NCBI GenBank assembly: GCA_964016885.1
Contig: OZ024747.1
Location: 91,760,001-91,824,000 of the forward strand
Direction of reading: 5' to 3'
DNA: 64,000 bases
From: Eledone cirrhosa
Taxonomy: Eukaryota
A model generated the notes under the pieces. It saw nothing but the letters and a program-made list of their open reading frames with translations. It had not been told where the DNA came from and ran no database searches. The position numbers and the translations under genes were made by a program. Shown here piece after piece: positions 12,776 through 26,353 of the stretch (positions are counted from its first letter, which is position 1; every line of letters starts with the position of its first letter).

Positions 12776-15090
12776 TGGTAGAGTATATGCATTGGGATGT
12801 AACTTCCACACATGTATTGAAAATATGTTTATCAGAACAGTTTTACTTGCAAAAAATAAGCAGCTGGTTCGGTGGGTTCTTTTTCTGTGTTGTTTGCAGT
12901 GGTTTTAGTTTGTTTTGAAATCGTGTTGTTGTTTGCTGGCTGATTGCTTAGGTGGCTTGTTGGTTGGTTATGTAGTGTTAGTGACTGTCCAGCACGTTGG
13001 TCGGCTATCTAATTGAACGGTTGAGTGTTTGTTTCGTTTTTCTTGTTGTTATTTTACTGCTGATGTTATTGTTGTTGTCTTGTTGCTGTTGTTATGGTTA
13101 TTTTTTGCGGCAGCAATTTTCATCATTTAACTCTCACTCATATCCAAGGTATTTTCGATGATATGACGCATTCTAAGCTTGTTCAGATTCTGACCGCTCT
13201 ATTTTGTGGTTATGGCGGAGAAATGAAGTGTTTCATCAATTTTTTTTCTCAAAATGAAGGGGCATGATTTGAAAATAAATATATAATAATTGAGCTAAAA
13301 GCGCAAATAGTATGGTGGCGCCTTTTAATATGCTGCCCTATTTAGATTGTTAATCAAAAACTAAATAATATAACGTTTTATTCAAAACTGTTGAAAAACA
13401 ACCTTACAGGTGCGGACTCGTAGACGTGTGAAGCAAAACAAGAAATAATAATAATAATAATTATAATAAATATTATTGAAAATGTTGTTTCAAGGTAAGA
13501 CATTCTGGAAGAAGAGTTATATATGACCCCATTAAATGCCTTGGTACTTATTGTATTGATTTGGGAAGGATGTAAAGTAAAATCGTTAGGACTCAGCAGG
13601 ATTTGAGATGAGAACTTAAAGAGGTGTAAATCAATACCACTTCACTGCGCGTTACCGATTCTGCCTGAAGACATAAGAGAACCAGTTATATTGCATAAAA
13701 AATAACTCTACTTGACGTAATAAGTCTGACAATATTTTGCCCAAGGAAGTTTTGATATTATTATATTAAGTATTGAATATTTCAATTAGTTTTACACAAC
13801 AATAGTTTTACCTTAATATTGGTATATAAACTAGATTTACTTATAATCGTAATATCAGAATTTATTAGATTTAATATGTAGTAAATATCTGTTATATACA
13901 GCCATAGCAGCTTCATGAGAAACGATGACAGAGAACTAAGCAAAAACATAACTTTGAAACTAGTTAAAATAAAAGTAAATCATTTTCGAGTATTCCCTCT
14001 TTTGCAAATGGAAATATTTTGTGGTGTACTTGCAAGCAATCTTGATTATATAAGGAAACATTTAACACCACGAATATATTTTGCTTGAAGTTGTACATTG
14101 ATTTTCATGTGGACCATCTGCTTCTTCAATTGTTGATATTTTTGCTAACAGAAATTATGGAAGAACAGCAATAAAAAAAACATGCGGTATCACAGTTAAT
14201 GAAAAATCACATATGTTACTACAGACGACACTCCTACAATGGGCTCTCAGAAGCTAGGAAACTATAGACGTGGTGACGTATCATTGCCGTTTGGCAATGA
14301 GCAAGCATTAACTCCACTATTTACATTGCAAGAAAACATTCTTTAGCAACGAAGCTGTTTAATGCTCCTGGGAATGTCCATGTCCAATTAAGCCCCTCTT
14401 CATTGTGTGGGAAATAAATAGAATAAAATGTGTGGGAATAGACAACGGTTATTTCCTACCGGTCGCAGGAGGCTGCCGGGATTACAATCCCTTATTATCA
14501 CATTAAAGCTTATTTTCTATCCGAGTGTACTCCCCTAGCCTTTGTCTATTTGCACTCATTCACAAGACAGCAGAGTAGTGCAAAGATGACACCCACTACA
14601 CGGTTAAAGAGCCTTATCTAATCCATTCATAGACAGATGAGTCTATAACCCACAAAGGTCCATAAAGGTGTTTAAGCTCGTTCACTTCATTATTTCTATG
14701 TTTGCATATACTAATGCTAGATGACCATTGAATCTGCTGGATCCATTCGCTCTTTTGATAGGTCTTGAGCCTGTCCGGCTAAGTTTCTACCAAATCTGCT
14801 TCCAGGTTATTCCGGCGCGGTGCCAGCCAGTTTTTTTTTGTACTTTTGTGTTTTTAGCCAGTGATCCGACATTGTTACAAGTTATATTTGTTACAAGTTA
14901 TATATTGATCGATCATAATCATATATTTCCAGTACAAACACACAGAAACACGCACACACGCACACATACACACAGGCACTCGCACACACACACACCCGTA
15001 CACACACACATATGCACACATACATACACTCTGGCGCACACACGCACACATTCACAAACACACAAGCGTAAGTACACATACATATACATA

Positions 15091-15134
15091 CTTCTTGTCT
15101 GATGATCCTACAGGTGAAACTCCAGAGTAGGAAG
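15091..15134 (+). ncRNA. Minimal Penelope-type hammerhead ribozyme motif
   Basis: CTGATGA (15099-15105), CCT/AGG stem II, GAAAC (15116-15120), near-palindromic ACTC-CA-GAGT stem III, GTA triplet. Stem I is imperfect. Confidence 0.55.
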
Positions 15135-15226
15135 CCCCCCCTCCCCACACACACCTAGACATTAAATTAGGATTGACACTCGCTTTTCTAATTGACCATA
15201 TTTTCTCCCGTCCGTCAATAACACAC

Positions 15227-15271
<45 letters not shown>

Positions 15272-15405
15272 TTAAAACACACACACACATATATATATAT
15301 ATGTTTATGTATGTATATGTGTGCGTGTGTGTATGTGTATATATATATATGTGTGTATGTATATATATGTGTGTGTGTATCGATACATGTGTGTGTATGT
15401 ATATG

Positions 15406-15474
<69 letters not shown>

Positions 15475-15790
15475 TATAAAGTATGTCCATAGAATCATTT
15501 GATAAGATATATACACCATTTCCTCTCCCAGATCAACCACACAAAAAAAACAATTAAACCAGGCTATAAGATTAAAACGCACCTAAGAAGAAATAATAGA
15601 TAAATAAACGATAGCCATCTATTCGCGATCAACAGCTATAGACTATTTACCCAGTATTTCAATAGCACGTGGAAATCGATTAAATATATCGTCAACCATA
15701 CACAATTATATATATATATATAATTTATTCCGGGTTGAATCGGAGGTAACCACAGTAAGTAAGGTATTCAATACATACAAGAGTATAAAA

Positions 15791-15926
15791 GTTTTAATAT
15801 TGAAGAGCTTTTACAGGACTAGAAGTGTTTCATTCGTGAGAAATCATCAGGAAGCTGCTGGTGCTTCCTGATGATTTCTCACGAATGAAACAGTTCTAGT
15901 CCTGTAGAAGCTCTTCTATATTAAAA

Positions 15927-15927
<1 letters not shown>
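15791..15927. repeat. ~65-bp-arm inverted repeat (Penelope-like remnant) with hammerhead motifs on both strands
   Basis: Arms 15791-15855 and 15863-15927 with few mismatches. The unit from ~15720 lies between (TA)n tracts. Confidence 0.85.
15863..15911 (+). ncRNA. Type I hammerhead ribozyme
   Basis: Stem I GCTTC/GAAGC, core CTGATGA (15868-15874), weak stem II TTC/GAA, GAAA (15887-15890), stem III CAG/CTG. GTA cleavage triplet ends at 15906. Confidence 0.7.
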
Positions 15928-16004
<77 letters not shown>

Positions 16005-18954
16005 CTGTATAATAGCTTTTTCTTCTCTCTTCTCTTTCGTCATCAAATTCATACATTTTTTCGCCTTTATATTTTCGCTGAAAAGCAACTTTTAAATTAG
16101 AAATACTTATAAATTCATTGTTATAACATTTCCTAAAAATTTGCAAATTTATTTTAGTTTGATTAGAACCTCCTCAACTTTCTTTTAAATATTTTATTCT
16201 TTACATTCTTGCCAGGTAAAATCTTCTATGAAATACTTTATTTCATAGTTGTATTCATTATGTTTTTGGTTTTTTATTATTAATAATTATTATTGCCGAA
16301 AGGCGTGAGAATAATCAATAGTTATGTCTCGAAGAATTCAAAGAGTTCAGACTCCGAGCAAGGTCAAAAGTTGAAGAACACAATAACTAGTTTTTAGAAA
16401 ACCAGCCCTTTTCTAGAAAGAATGACTTATCTAAAGTTCATTAATTTACCAAAGAAATAAAAATCTAAAAGTAGATTTTAAATGTTGAAATTCTAAGATT
16501 AATATCATTTTATTTATGTATAACGTTAGATGTTGGAGAGTAGAAATATATTGGAATAGATGTATATAACAGAGCTTCCGTGATTTCATGGAATTCCCGT
16601 GTTATATTGCGAGATATTATGAGATTTGTATCACCTTTTTTACTTACAGAATTGGGACGAGTTGAACGTAGTTTTGGAATTTAATAAGATTATTTTCAAC
16701 TTAAGCATGTTCCCCTCACTTTGTACTCTAATTACTGTCATATAGACTAGGCCATTGATATATGTGTGACTTCTCACATGATAAAATAAGATTTCTTTGT
16801 CTCATTTCCACATGAGCACGCATTCTAAATATTATTGTGCATTACGATATTCTCATTTATATATATTGTCTTCACCGTCATTTTGAACAAAATCAGTTTT
16901 TATCAACCATACATACATGCCAGTTTTATTATTAATGGAAATAATTTATCAAGCCTTAAAATACCACATAAATCACTACTATATTGTCATCCATCACTGA
17001 TTTCCAAACTAAATTTACATATCACATTAAACTATTCCCATAGCGAAGCTCAACCTCTTTATTCTAGAAACCCTCCATTGTTCGAAAGTCGGAATATATT
17101 ACAATCTATTTTTATTGCAAAACACAAGCAATGGCGTTTTATATAATTCGTGTGATATCTAGAAATATTTCGTTAGATATCTGATGGCATATAGAAATAT
17201 TGATGACTAAATCTGCATTGTGAAGGGATATTTTTAATTCAAATTTTATCCTATAAAACATTAGACCAGGTCAGTAACTTAAAATCTGTGGTACCAATCA
17301 ATTTTTCGAGACGATATCTTTCTAAAAATGGCAGAAAATTAATGAATACTGAAGCTGATTATTTTCTTTTTTGTTGTTCTTGTTTTCATTTGAATATTTT
17401 TTTAATTAAAGAATCTAATGACCCAGTAAAATAATGAAGATTTTTTTTTCATCAAAACAAACCGCTTCCTGAAGAACTTTAATTTTATGCAAATTTTTCT
17501 TTACTTCAATTTTTATCAAAATGGTCACCCCCAAAATTAGCTTAGACTGTCTCATCATCAAACGAGCTACTGTTTGATTGATTTAATCATTTTTTTACAC
17601 AATCTCCTTGCATTATATGGAGTTAACTTCGTACACTACCTAAGCGTCTAACGTGCTGTTTTAGCCTTCAAGCGGCAAACTCAATGGTATTTTGTTTCAA
17701 CCATGACACGATTGTTATTTTGCTTTTGTTCTTTAAAAAAATGTTTTTTTCATGTGTTGAGTGTCGTAAAATTGATGCGGTCCACTGCTTCGTAAGTGTT
17801 CAAACATTCTTAAACTGCGAGCCACATCATTCCGAATCACCAAATATTCATGACGGTATCATTTTTCTATTGATGCATGACAATACACATTTTTTTTGTC
17901 ATCTTACGTATTGTTCACTTTTATTCCAAAACTAGTTTCACTAAAAGTTCTATTTATATTTTAAAATTTTACAGCAATTGTTAAAGATATGAAAATATTT
18001 TATGGTTTTTAACTTTCTACTGTTTCCCAACCACGGCCTCCTCATATAAAACCTAATGCTATTTTCTTCTTTTTTTTGCTATAATTTTGTTGATAATTAT
18101 ATTATATATATATTTTTATATTGTTTGCTGCTTGATGAAATAAAAGAAAATGTTATGAACACCTCTCCACTCGCGCACTAACAGCAATTCTCATTACGGC
18201 TGTATTGCTCCGAAGAACAAAGAATTTGGAATAGTGATCATATGCCAAATCCCTGGCGTTGACACACACTCATTCAATCACGTGCACATATAAAACATAT
18301 ACTTTTGTAAATACAGAACAAGTATTTTATGGATATATTGTTTTATGCGAACATGAACATTTGTATTATAACTAAGAAATGATAATGGGTCCTACCTATT
18401 GTTGTGTGGCCTTATTCTACATAGGAGACTATAACCGTTTGTAAATGTTTAAATATTGTTAAACCAGATTTGGTCGAGAATAGCTTTAGCGAAGACCAAC
18501 TCAGAGAAAATTATAGATACAAGTACTACTAATAAAATGATGTCTATTCACATTATACAGACTATATTGGAAAATGAAGGAAACTGAAGCTTCACAGGAG
18601 TAACACTTCAGCATCCAATGCTGATGAGTTGAAAATCAAAATTTTACAAATTATTAGTAAAATGAATTCAAAGACTACATAAAACATCAACCTAAAGGCA
18701 AAATAAGGAAATCTTTATTCCTGGCTTATTTGATAGAACAACGAACAAAACACTTTATAGTACTTATTAAGTTCTGAGTTCAAATCGTGCCTAGATAAAC
18801 GCTGACTATTACAACTCTCTATTCAACAAAATAAACTATTAATCAACAATTGGGTGGATTCAATCAACTACCCCTGTCTTCCACATAATGCTGGTCATGG
18901 GAAGAATCATTAGTCTATGACAAAAATGTTTCGGGGTGTTTCTTGAGAGCTCTT

Positions 18955-19612
18955 TATGTTCTGATTTCAAATTCAACCCTAATCAACTTTGCCTTTCATC
19001 CTTCTCCTGGAGTGTCTGCGGAGCGCAGACCTTCTACCCCCATCCCTTAGGCCCCAAGCCCAATCACCCTCGCCCTTCACCGCTGCTCTCTCTTTTGCGA
19101 CACCAGTGCCATCCTCTCCCCACCCCGTTCTTTTTTCTTTTCCTTTCTATAAAATAAAGTACCAGTAATGCATCGGGATAACTGCTTACCTTGTGCCAAA
19201 AGTAGAAACATTGGTAGATTGGTAGAGGGTCTGACGCCATGCTTTGCAGCAAAGAGTTACGTCCCTTTATGGTCTGAGTTCAAATCCCGCCGAGGTTAAC
19301 TTTGCCTTTCATCCTTATGGGGTCGATGAAATAAAGTACCAGTAATGTACTGGTTAATTGCTGGCCTTGTGCCAAAAGTAGAAACAATTATTATTATTGG
19401 TGGTGGATTGGCAGCATCGGTTGGGCGTCGGACATCATGGTTTGTGGCATAGAGTTACGGTTCTTTACGTTCGCAGTTCAAATCTCGTGAGGTTAGCTTT
19501 GCTTTTCATCCTTACGGGGTCGATAAATAAAACATCAGTAACGCATTTGGGTCGATTTAATCGACTTTCATCTCCTCCAAATTGCTGACCTTGTACCTAT
19601 AGTAGAAATCAT

Positions 19613-19643
<31 letters not shown>

Positions 19644-19715
19644 AAACTACCAGTAATACACTGGGTAATTGCTGGCCTTGTGCCTAACGTAGAAACAATT
19701 ATTATTATTATTATT
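18955..19715 (+). mobile_element. Head-to-tail array of four SINE-A copies or fragments
   Basis: Repeated heads (GGTGGATTGGCAG), cores and tails, most followed by (ATT)n. Confidence 0.9.
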
Positions 19716-19719
19716 GTTA

Positions 19720-20068
19720 TTACTCTTTGAGTCTCAGTCATTGATGTTAGTTAACTGGAAAGTTTGTTGAGATGAATATCAAGCCACTACCTGCAGCCTC
19801 AGATATTCAGGACGTATCGGAGGGTTCTTGCTGTTCCCAGCAAGCATGCCTTTTGAAGCGTTCCAAAAAGCGTGAAGGGGCCAATTTTCTTTAACCATCC
19901 CTGGAAACTTTTTGAGATAGTCCCTAGTGCGCCTATGACAATCGGGATCACTTTGACTTCATGACAGTTCCAAATCCTTTTTACCTCCCACTTTAAGTCC
20001 TGGTATCGGTTAATTTTCTCCCTCTCCTTCTCTTGCACTCTCGTGTCGAATGGGCAGGCCACATCCAC
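19720..20068 (-). mobile_element. 5'-truncated R4/Dong family B copy
   Basis: 89-aa ORF nearly identical to the C-terminus of 51076..54468, plus its 3' UTR. Flanked by TAA-type repeats. Confidence 0.95.
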
Positions 20069-20087
20069 ATATTATTATTATTATTAT

Positions 20088-20120
<33 letters not shown>

Positions 20121-20304
20121 ATGTTTCACTGAGTAAGAACAAAATGGGCAAGCTGAGAGAAATTCAATGAGAAAGTTCAGATTATTCTTGTTTACTCATT
20201 CACCTTTTATTCTATGCAAGTAATAACAACGGAAGTAGAATGTAATAGCCCAGATGTACACTTTACTGGAAATAGTGCATTTCAATTGTTCTTGTCCCTC
20301 TCCT

Positions 20305-20421
<117 letters not shown>

Positions 20422-20480
20422 AGTATGTGTGTGTGTATGTTCTTTTGAATGTATGTATGCATTATGTATGTATATTATGT

Positions 20481-20995
20481 CAGGTCACTCTTCATCGCTA
20501 CTGGTAACATGTAACCCAGTACAACCTGTGCATGGTTGGATCGTCGCCGACTAAACCGGCAACCACACCAAGCTTGCATGGCGAGGAGGGTTATTTTGGA
20601 CAACATGCGGGATGAAAAATAAGACCCGTCAAAGGGCGGAGGAACTCATGAATTAACGGCCATCCAATAAAGTTTGCTTTTTGTGGAGCGAGAGATTCCT
20701 AGTCTTCATTAAGACATCTCTCTAGGAAAATGTCACTCTGATATAAAACCTGTGACTTCGTATGCATCCAATAATGTAGACCAGTTCTTCGTTTTGGGCA
20801 AATGCATTCGTTGTTCAGATGGTGGTAGTCGCCACGTGCAAAGCCTTTCCTGACTTAAAAAAGCTTCAAGCACAGGCATTTCTCGATATGTGACATCTGC
20901 GATGTATGGTATTTCTGGCCATAGGCAAGTCCGTGATGCTCTTGCTTAAGTATCAAGCGATGGTATTACTCTAAATCGAGTTGCAGCCATCATGT
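20481..20995 (+). mobile_element. Putative non-autonomous RTE-related retroelement in (TATG)n
   Basis: GC-richer island between (TATG)n-like tracts. Its 3' end GATGGT...GAGTTGCAGCCATCATGTATG resembles the tail at 41770-41810. Confidence 0.45.
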
Positions 20996-21578
20996 ATGTA
21001 TATGTAATATATGTATGTGCAGGAATGGGTGCCATTATACGTGTGGATCTGAATATTTCGAGTGATATGTGCACATATGTGTTTATATATATATCTATGC
21101 GCGTGTATATGCAGTTATTACATACTAAATTTCTGGAGTGTTTCGCATAATTTAACAGTTCCATTTCTGAAGGCAAGTATACTCTTTCATCCTTCCCACA
21201 TACATATAGAATGATATCCCGCTATATATCAACTTCAGCTTTTAAGACCATCTTCCCAGTTCTTTTACTTATTTCCGCTATATTGTTCGCCTTATTCCTC
21301 CTACTTGACTTTGTAATATATGTGAGACATAAATACATATACAAATTTTACTGATTTGCTTTTGCAATTTCTTTGTGACATCCGCCTTAAACACATAGTC
21401 ACCTTCAAAGTGCAATCTCTTACGAATAAATGCCGCCCAAAAATCTTATTTTGCTGCAGGTAAATTTATATCAAATTTCGCTCAGCAATATACTTTTCAG
21501 ACAGGAAAATTTCTATTTTATTCCATACTAAAATTGTGTTTTTATGTTTTCATCAGACATTACTTTATTAATGTAATG

Positions 21579-21641
<63 letters not shown>

Positions 21642-22193
21642 GTAATAATATTAAATTTGAAGACTAAAATCCAAAGAGGGCTCGATAAGGATCAACGTTT
21701 TTCGAAATATTTACTTCTGCGTTCACAGATTGATTTTTTTAGTTTCAGAAGATCCCGTTAAGGGTGAAAGCAGCGATTTTTTGCTTAAACTTTAATCTGT
21801 TATTTTAATAAATATATACATATACATATATATATATGAGTATGTGTTGGTTGGTTAACGTAGCCACGGTATGCATGGTAGAGCACTCAAAGAAGTGCGC
21901 AGGTGGGTCCGTTTACTCCGCAGGTGGGTCCGTTTAAATTAATTTCGTTTATTCATATTCGGTGTAATATATATTTCGGTGATAACATTATACAACAGCT
22001 ATGACCTCATTAGACAGCTAGAACAGAAAAAACATAATGATGGAACAAAGTTTACCACCGTTATTTCGGTCCTTTGATATGCCTTCCTGAAGTATGATGT
22101 TGTTTTGGCTATATATATATGTATATATATATATATACATATATATATACATATATATATATATGTATATATATGAGAGAGAGAGAGAGAGGG

Positions 22194-22258
<65 letters not shown>

Positions 22259-22375
22259 TTAAATCGCGACCGCGGCACCAAGCATTTTCCGGCTTGTTAT
22301 ATATAAATGTGTTTGAGTGTGTTTGTGCATTTCTGTTTGAATGTGTATGTGTTTGTGAAGGTATGTATATATGTA

Positions 22376-22425
<50 letters not shown>

Positions 22426-22837
22426 CGTGTGTGGATGAGTGTGCTTCTTGACATTTCCATACGCAGATAAATGTTCATGTTGATACATAGGTAAGCTTTA
22501 GTTTACATTAACTATGTCCATGTACTTATTTCCTCTCAAGTAATTACTTATATATCAGTAAATACACAAACATATACTACGCTTAGCTACATATACAAAC
22601 AAACGCAAGCATACACGATAATGCATACATCAACTCAAACACACAGACACATACCACGTACATTTGTCTATAAATGCATCTATGAACGTATGTATAGATA
22701 TATTTATGTCTGCACATGTCTTTCCTTTAGACATTGGCTGGCTACATTTTAAGCGGAACGTTCACAGCATCATCTCTCTCGGTCTCTGAGGCTCAGCAAA
22801 AGCCATCAGTGCTGCTCCTTTCTCCACAAATAAAGAA

Positions 22838-22839
<2 letters not shown>

Positions 22840-22899
<60 letters not shown>

Positions 22900-23004
22900 T
22901 TGTGTGTGTGTATGTATATATATATATATATATATACGTGTGTGTGTGTTTGTTTGTGTGTGTGTATGTATATATATATAGAGATGTGTGTGTGTGTATG
23001 TATG

Positions 23005-23071
<67 letters not shown>

Positions 23072-23189
23072 GTGTGTGTGTGTTTGTTTGTGTGTGTGTA
23101 TGTATATATATATATATATATATAGATGTGTGTATGTGTATGTATGTATATATATATATGTGTGTGTGTGTACACAAATATACGTATAA

Positions 23190-23233
<44 letters not shown>

Positions 23234-23256
23234 TTGTGTGTGTGTTTGTGTGTATG

Positions 23257-23293
<37 letters not shown>

Positions 23294-23318
23294 GTGTGTG
23301 TGTGTTTGTTTGTGTGTG

Positions 23319-23353
<35 letters not shown>

Positions 23354-23397
23354 ATGTATGTATATATATATATGTGTGTGTGTGTACACAAATATAC

Positions 23398-23448
<51 letters not shown>

Positions 23449-23450
23449 AA
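22840..23450. repeat. Higher-order compound (TA)n/(TG)n repeat
   Basis: Recurring units such as (TA)n-CG(TG)n-TTTGTTTG-(TG)n-TATG-(TA)n-GATG. GTACACAAATATACG occurs twice. Confidence 0.9.
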
Positions 23451-24899
23451 ATTATGTACATATATATGTTTATATGTATGCGTGTGTGCAAGTGTGTATA
23501 TGCCTGATTTGCGTGTGTGTATATAAAGACTGAAAGTGTGCATGTGTGAGATAGCAATCTACGTACTATAGATTCATTAGTTCTCTCATATACACGATTA
23601 TGTTAGTTTGTGTAAGTGTAGATGTGACCTTTTCCAATTCTCTTTGGTGTGTGTGTGTGTGTGTGTCAGTGCGTGTGTCTGTCAGTGTAGTTTTATGTGT
23701 CTGTGTGTTTATGTGTCTGTGTGCGTGTCTATAGTGTATTTTTGTGTAATGTATTTGGGATTGTGCGCTCCGGTGTGAATGCTTCAATGTGTGTGTGTAT
23801 GTATTTCTTCATGTCTGTGTCTGTGCATGTGTGCGTGCGTGCGCGCGTGTCTACGTGCGTGTACGTGTCTCTCTGTGTGTGTGCGTGCGTGCGTGTCTAC
23901 GTGCGTGTACGTGTCTGTGTGTGCGTGCGTGTACGTGTCTATGTGTGTGCGTGCGTGCGTGATTTCTAGAAGCAGAAAACTGAACACAAATAATGTTGAG
24001 TATGTGATCGATATTTGTGCATTAAACTCTTAACCCGAACATTAAACTGATTTTAACGATATTTCCATGTGTGTTTTTGTATCATGATAGTCTGTACAAG
24101 AGGAAAAAGTGGCAAAGAATACTAATACTAATAACATTACTAATAATGAAACCACCACAGCCAACTAAAACAGCAACAACAACAAAATAATAATAATAAT
24201 AAAAATAATAATGTTAATGAAAGAAAAAATAGTAAAATCTTTGCTTAAAAGCAAGGCATTGCCTCTTTACTTTCGACAAGATCAAAAAGAAACAATTATA
24301 GATTCTAAGAACACTCTCTATCTCATAAAGAATCCTTCTTAATTTGAATTTAATCTTCACTTACTTTTGAGAAGAAAAACAACTTAATAAATAAAGGAAA
24401 AATTAAAAAATCTAGGGAGGAAAAAAAGTCACCTGGTAACGGAACGGCTGGTTTCCTCATTGTAATGAATAATTTATTTATTTGTTTTATAATTTTTTTT
24501 CTATTAAACGAAATTCACCAGACACGCTGTCTGTGACATATGAAGGAACCGTTAGAGGAATTGAAAACACTATTGTAGTTGGTAATTTAAATCGAATTTT
24601 GCACGTAAGCATATATATGTGTATGTATGTAATTACGTACACATGTATGCATATACACAGACACACACACATACAATATATATATATAATTAAAAATATA
24701 TAGTGTAGAAAGCAAGACCACCATATATTTCTGATTACACCCGCTCTGTTTATCTTCTGCACATAACTCCCCTTAAATATTAACTCCATTATAATATTTA
24801 ACCCCGCATTTCTAAGCATTGATCACGCTTCGCTTTGGCTAAAGGCATTTAATATGTTATATCCTAGTTCCTTCTCCTCTATCTTATGATACATGCCTA

Positions 24900-25035
24900 A
24901 CTTATTTCTCATTCTTTCTTCTGATGAAAGACTAGCGTCTGAAACGTTGACCCTGTTCCTGCTATTTCAAGCGTTAACCTAATATAATCCTTCCATACAC
25001 TGTACGGATCCTGTTGTTATTTCTGTTTACCTTTT
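24900..25035 (+). mobile_element. Penelope-like terminal-repeat remnant with minimal hammerhead core
   Basis: CTGATGA (24921)-AGAC/GTCT stem-GAAACGTT, with palindromic AACGTT as in dimer-type hammerheads. Confidence 0.55.
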
Positions 25036-25052
25036 ACTTACTTACTTACTTA

Positions 25053-25101
<49 letters not shown>

Positions 25102-25695
25102 CATGCATAGTTGAAAAAAAGCGTAAAGTTTCTTATAAATATATAAGAAAAAAGTAAAAGTGAAAAAGCACAGGGATATATTTAAAACAATATATTTTTC
25201 TTTAATCCGACAGAATGAATATTTATGTAATCGTTATATTCAATGGATTAACGGTTATGATTGGAATGTCAATCCTATCAATTATTGAAAATGTCTGTTC
25301 TCCTATTCTGTGAGAAGTTTGGACATATGAGAGTTTTCTCCCCAAATCTCTCCTTATGTGCTTTATGGAGGTGGTCAAAGTGGAAGAGGAGTTCAACAGG
25401 TCTGGATTTAAATGATTAACTAGAATTTTCTCCGATTTAAAAGGAAAGTTCATTTTCTATGCAGAATAAAGATCCAGATGGTATTTTCTTCTTATGCAGT
25501 GTATGCGTGCGTGTGTGTGTGTGAGTGATCGTGTGTGTGCGCACGTATGTGTGTGTGATCGTGTGTGTGTGTGTGTCTGTACGTGTGTGTGTTTAAGTGG
25601 TGTACCGCTTTCTCAAGAGTTCAAGTTATTTTCAGGGTTTTTAAAAATAGCTAAAAATACTTAAGCGTTGATATAAAGTTTTTCATTTGTTTTGT

Positions 25696-25766
<71 letters not shown>

Positions 25767-26158
25767 AGGGGTAAAAGCTTCATTGTGTGAAGGGTTGAAG
25801 TTTATATTTAGGGTTTGCAGATAAAAAACAATAATAAAAGTCTGAAGAGAAGAAAATAAAAATACAAATATAGACATGAACAAGATTGAAAGGGATCTTT
25901 TGGAGCTAGGGTTTATATTTGTGAAAGAAGAGGTTTCTGGGAGATTTGATAGAAAAATTCACTAGTGCTATTTTTGTGGCTGCTGTTAATGCCTTGATTT
26001 GAAATGACAAGTCTTCCGTCGGCTTCGACGATGAATATACTAATTTTTTAATCAAATGAACAGCCTACTCATGGAATTAATGTGTATATAGCTGATCATT
26101 TTACAGACACCTGTATCCTTGACATAATACTCAGGAAGATTGGGTGTGACATAGTGTG

Positions 26159-26353
26159 CCGATCTCTCAATTCTCGCCCTCCGATTGGGAGATCTCCCAC
26201 CCACTTTGGGGTGGGAGAGAGACGTCTTCTCTTATGAAAATAAGTATAGCTTTCATTATGTAAAATCTCCCCATTTTGCCTCATTTCTCCCGGTTTTGAG
26301 CCACTTTTTTTCATGTTACTCCCTGTTTGGGTTTTTAGAGGCTGGCAGGTCGG
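26159..26353. mobile_element. MITE copy nested in a SINE-B remnant
   Basis: Homologous to 2874-3051, with ends CCGATCT / AGGTCGG. Confidence 0.8.

Noticed and set aside
12541-12813. Possible host exon (ORFs 12575..12769 + and 12541..12813 -)
   Set aside because: Better explained as a frameshifted CRE-type RLE remnant.
17300-17980. Possible Tc1/mariner remnants (also ~13200-13350 and ~37120-37160)
   Set aside because: I could not establish paired TIRs or transposase motifs.
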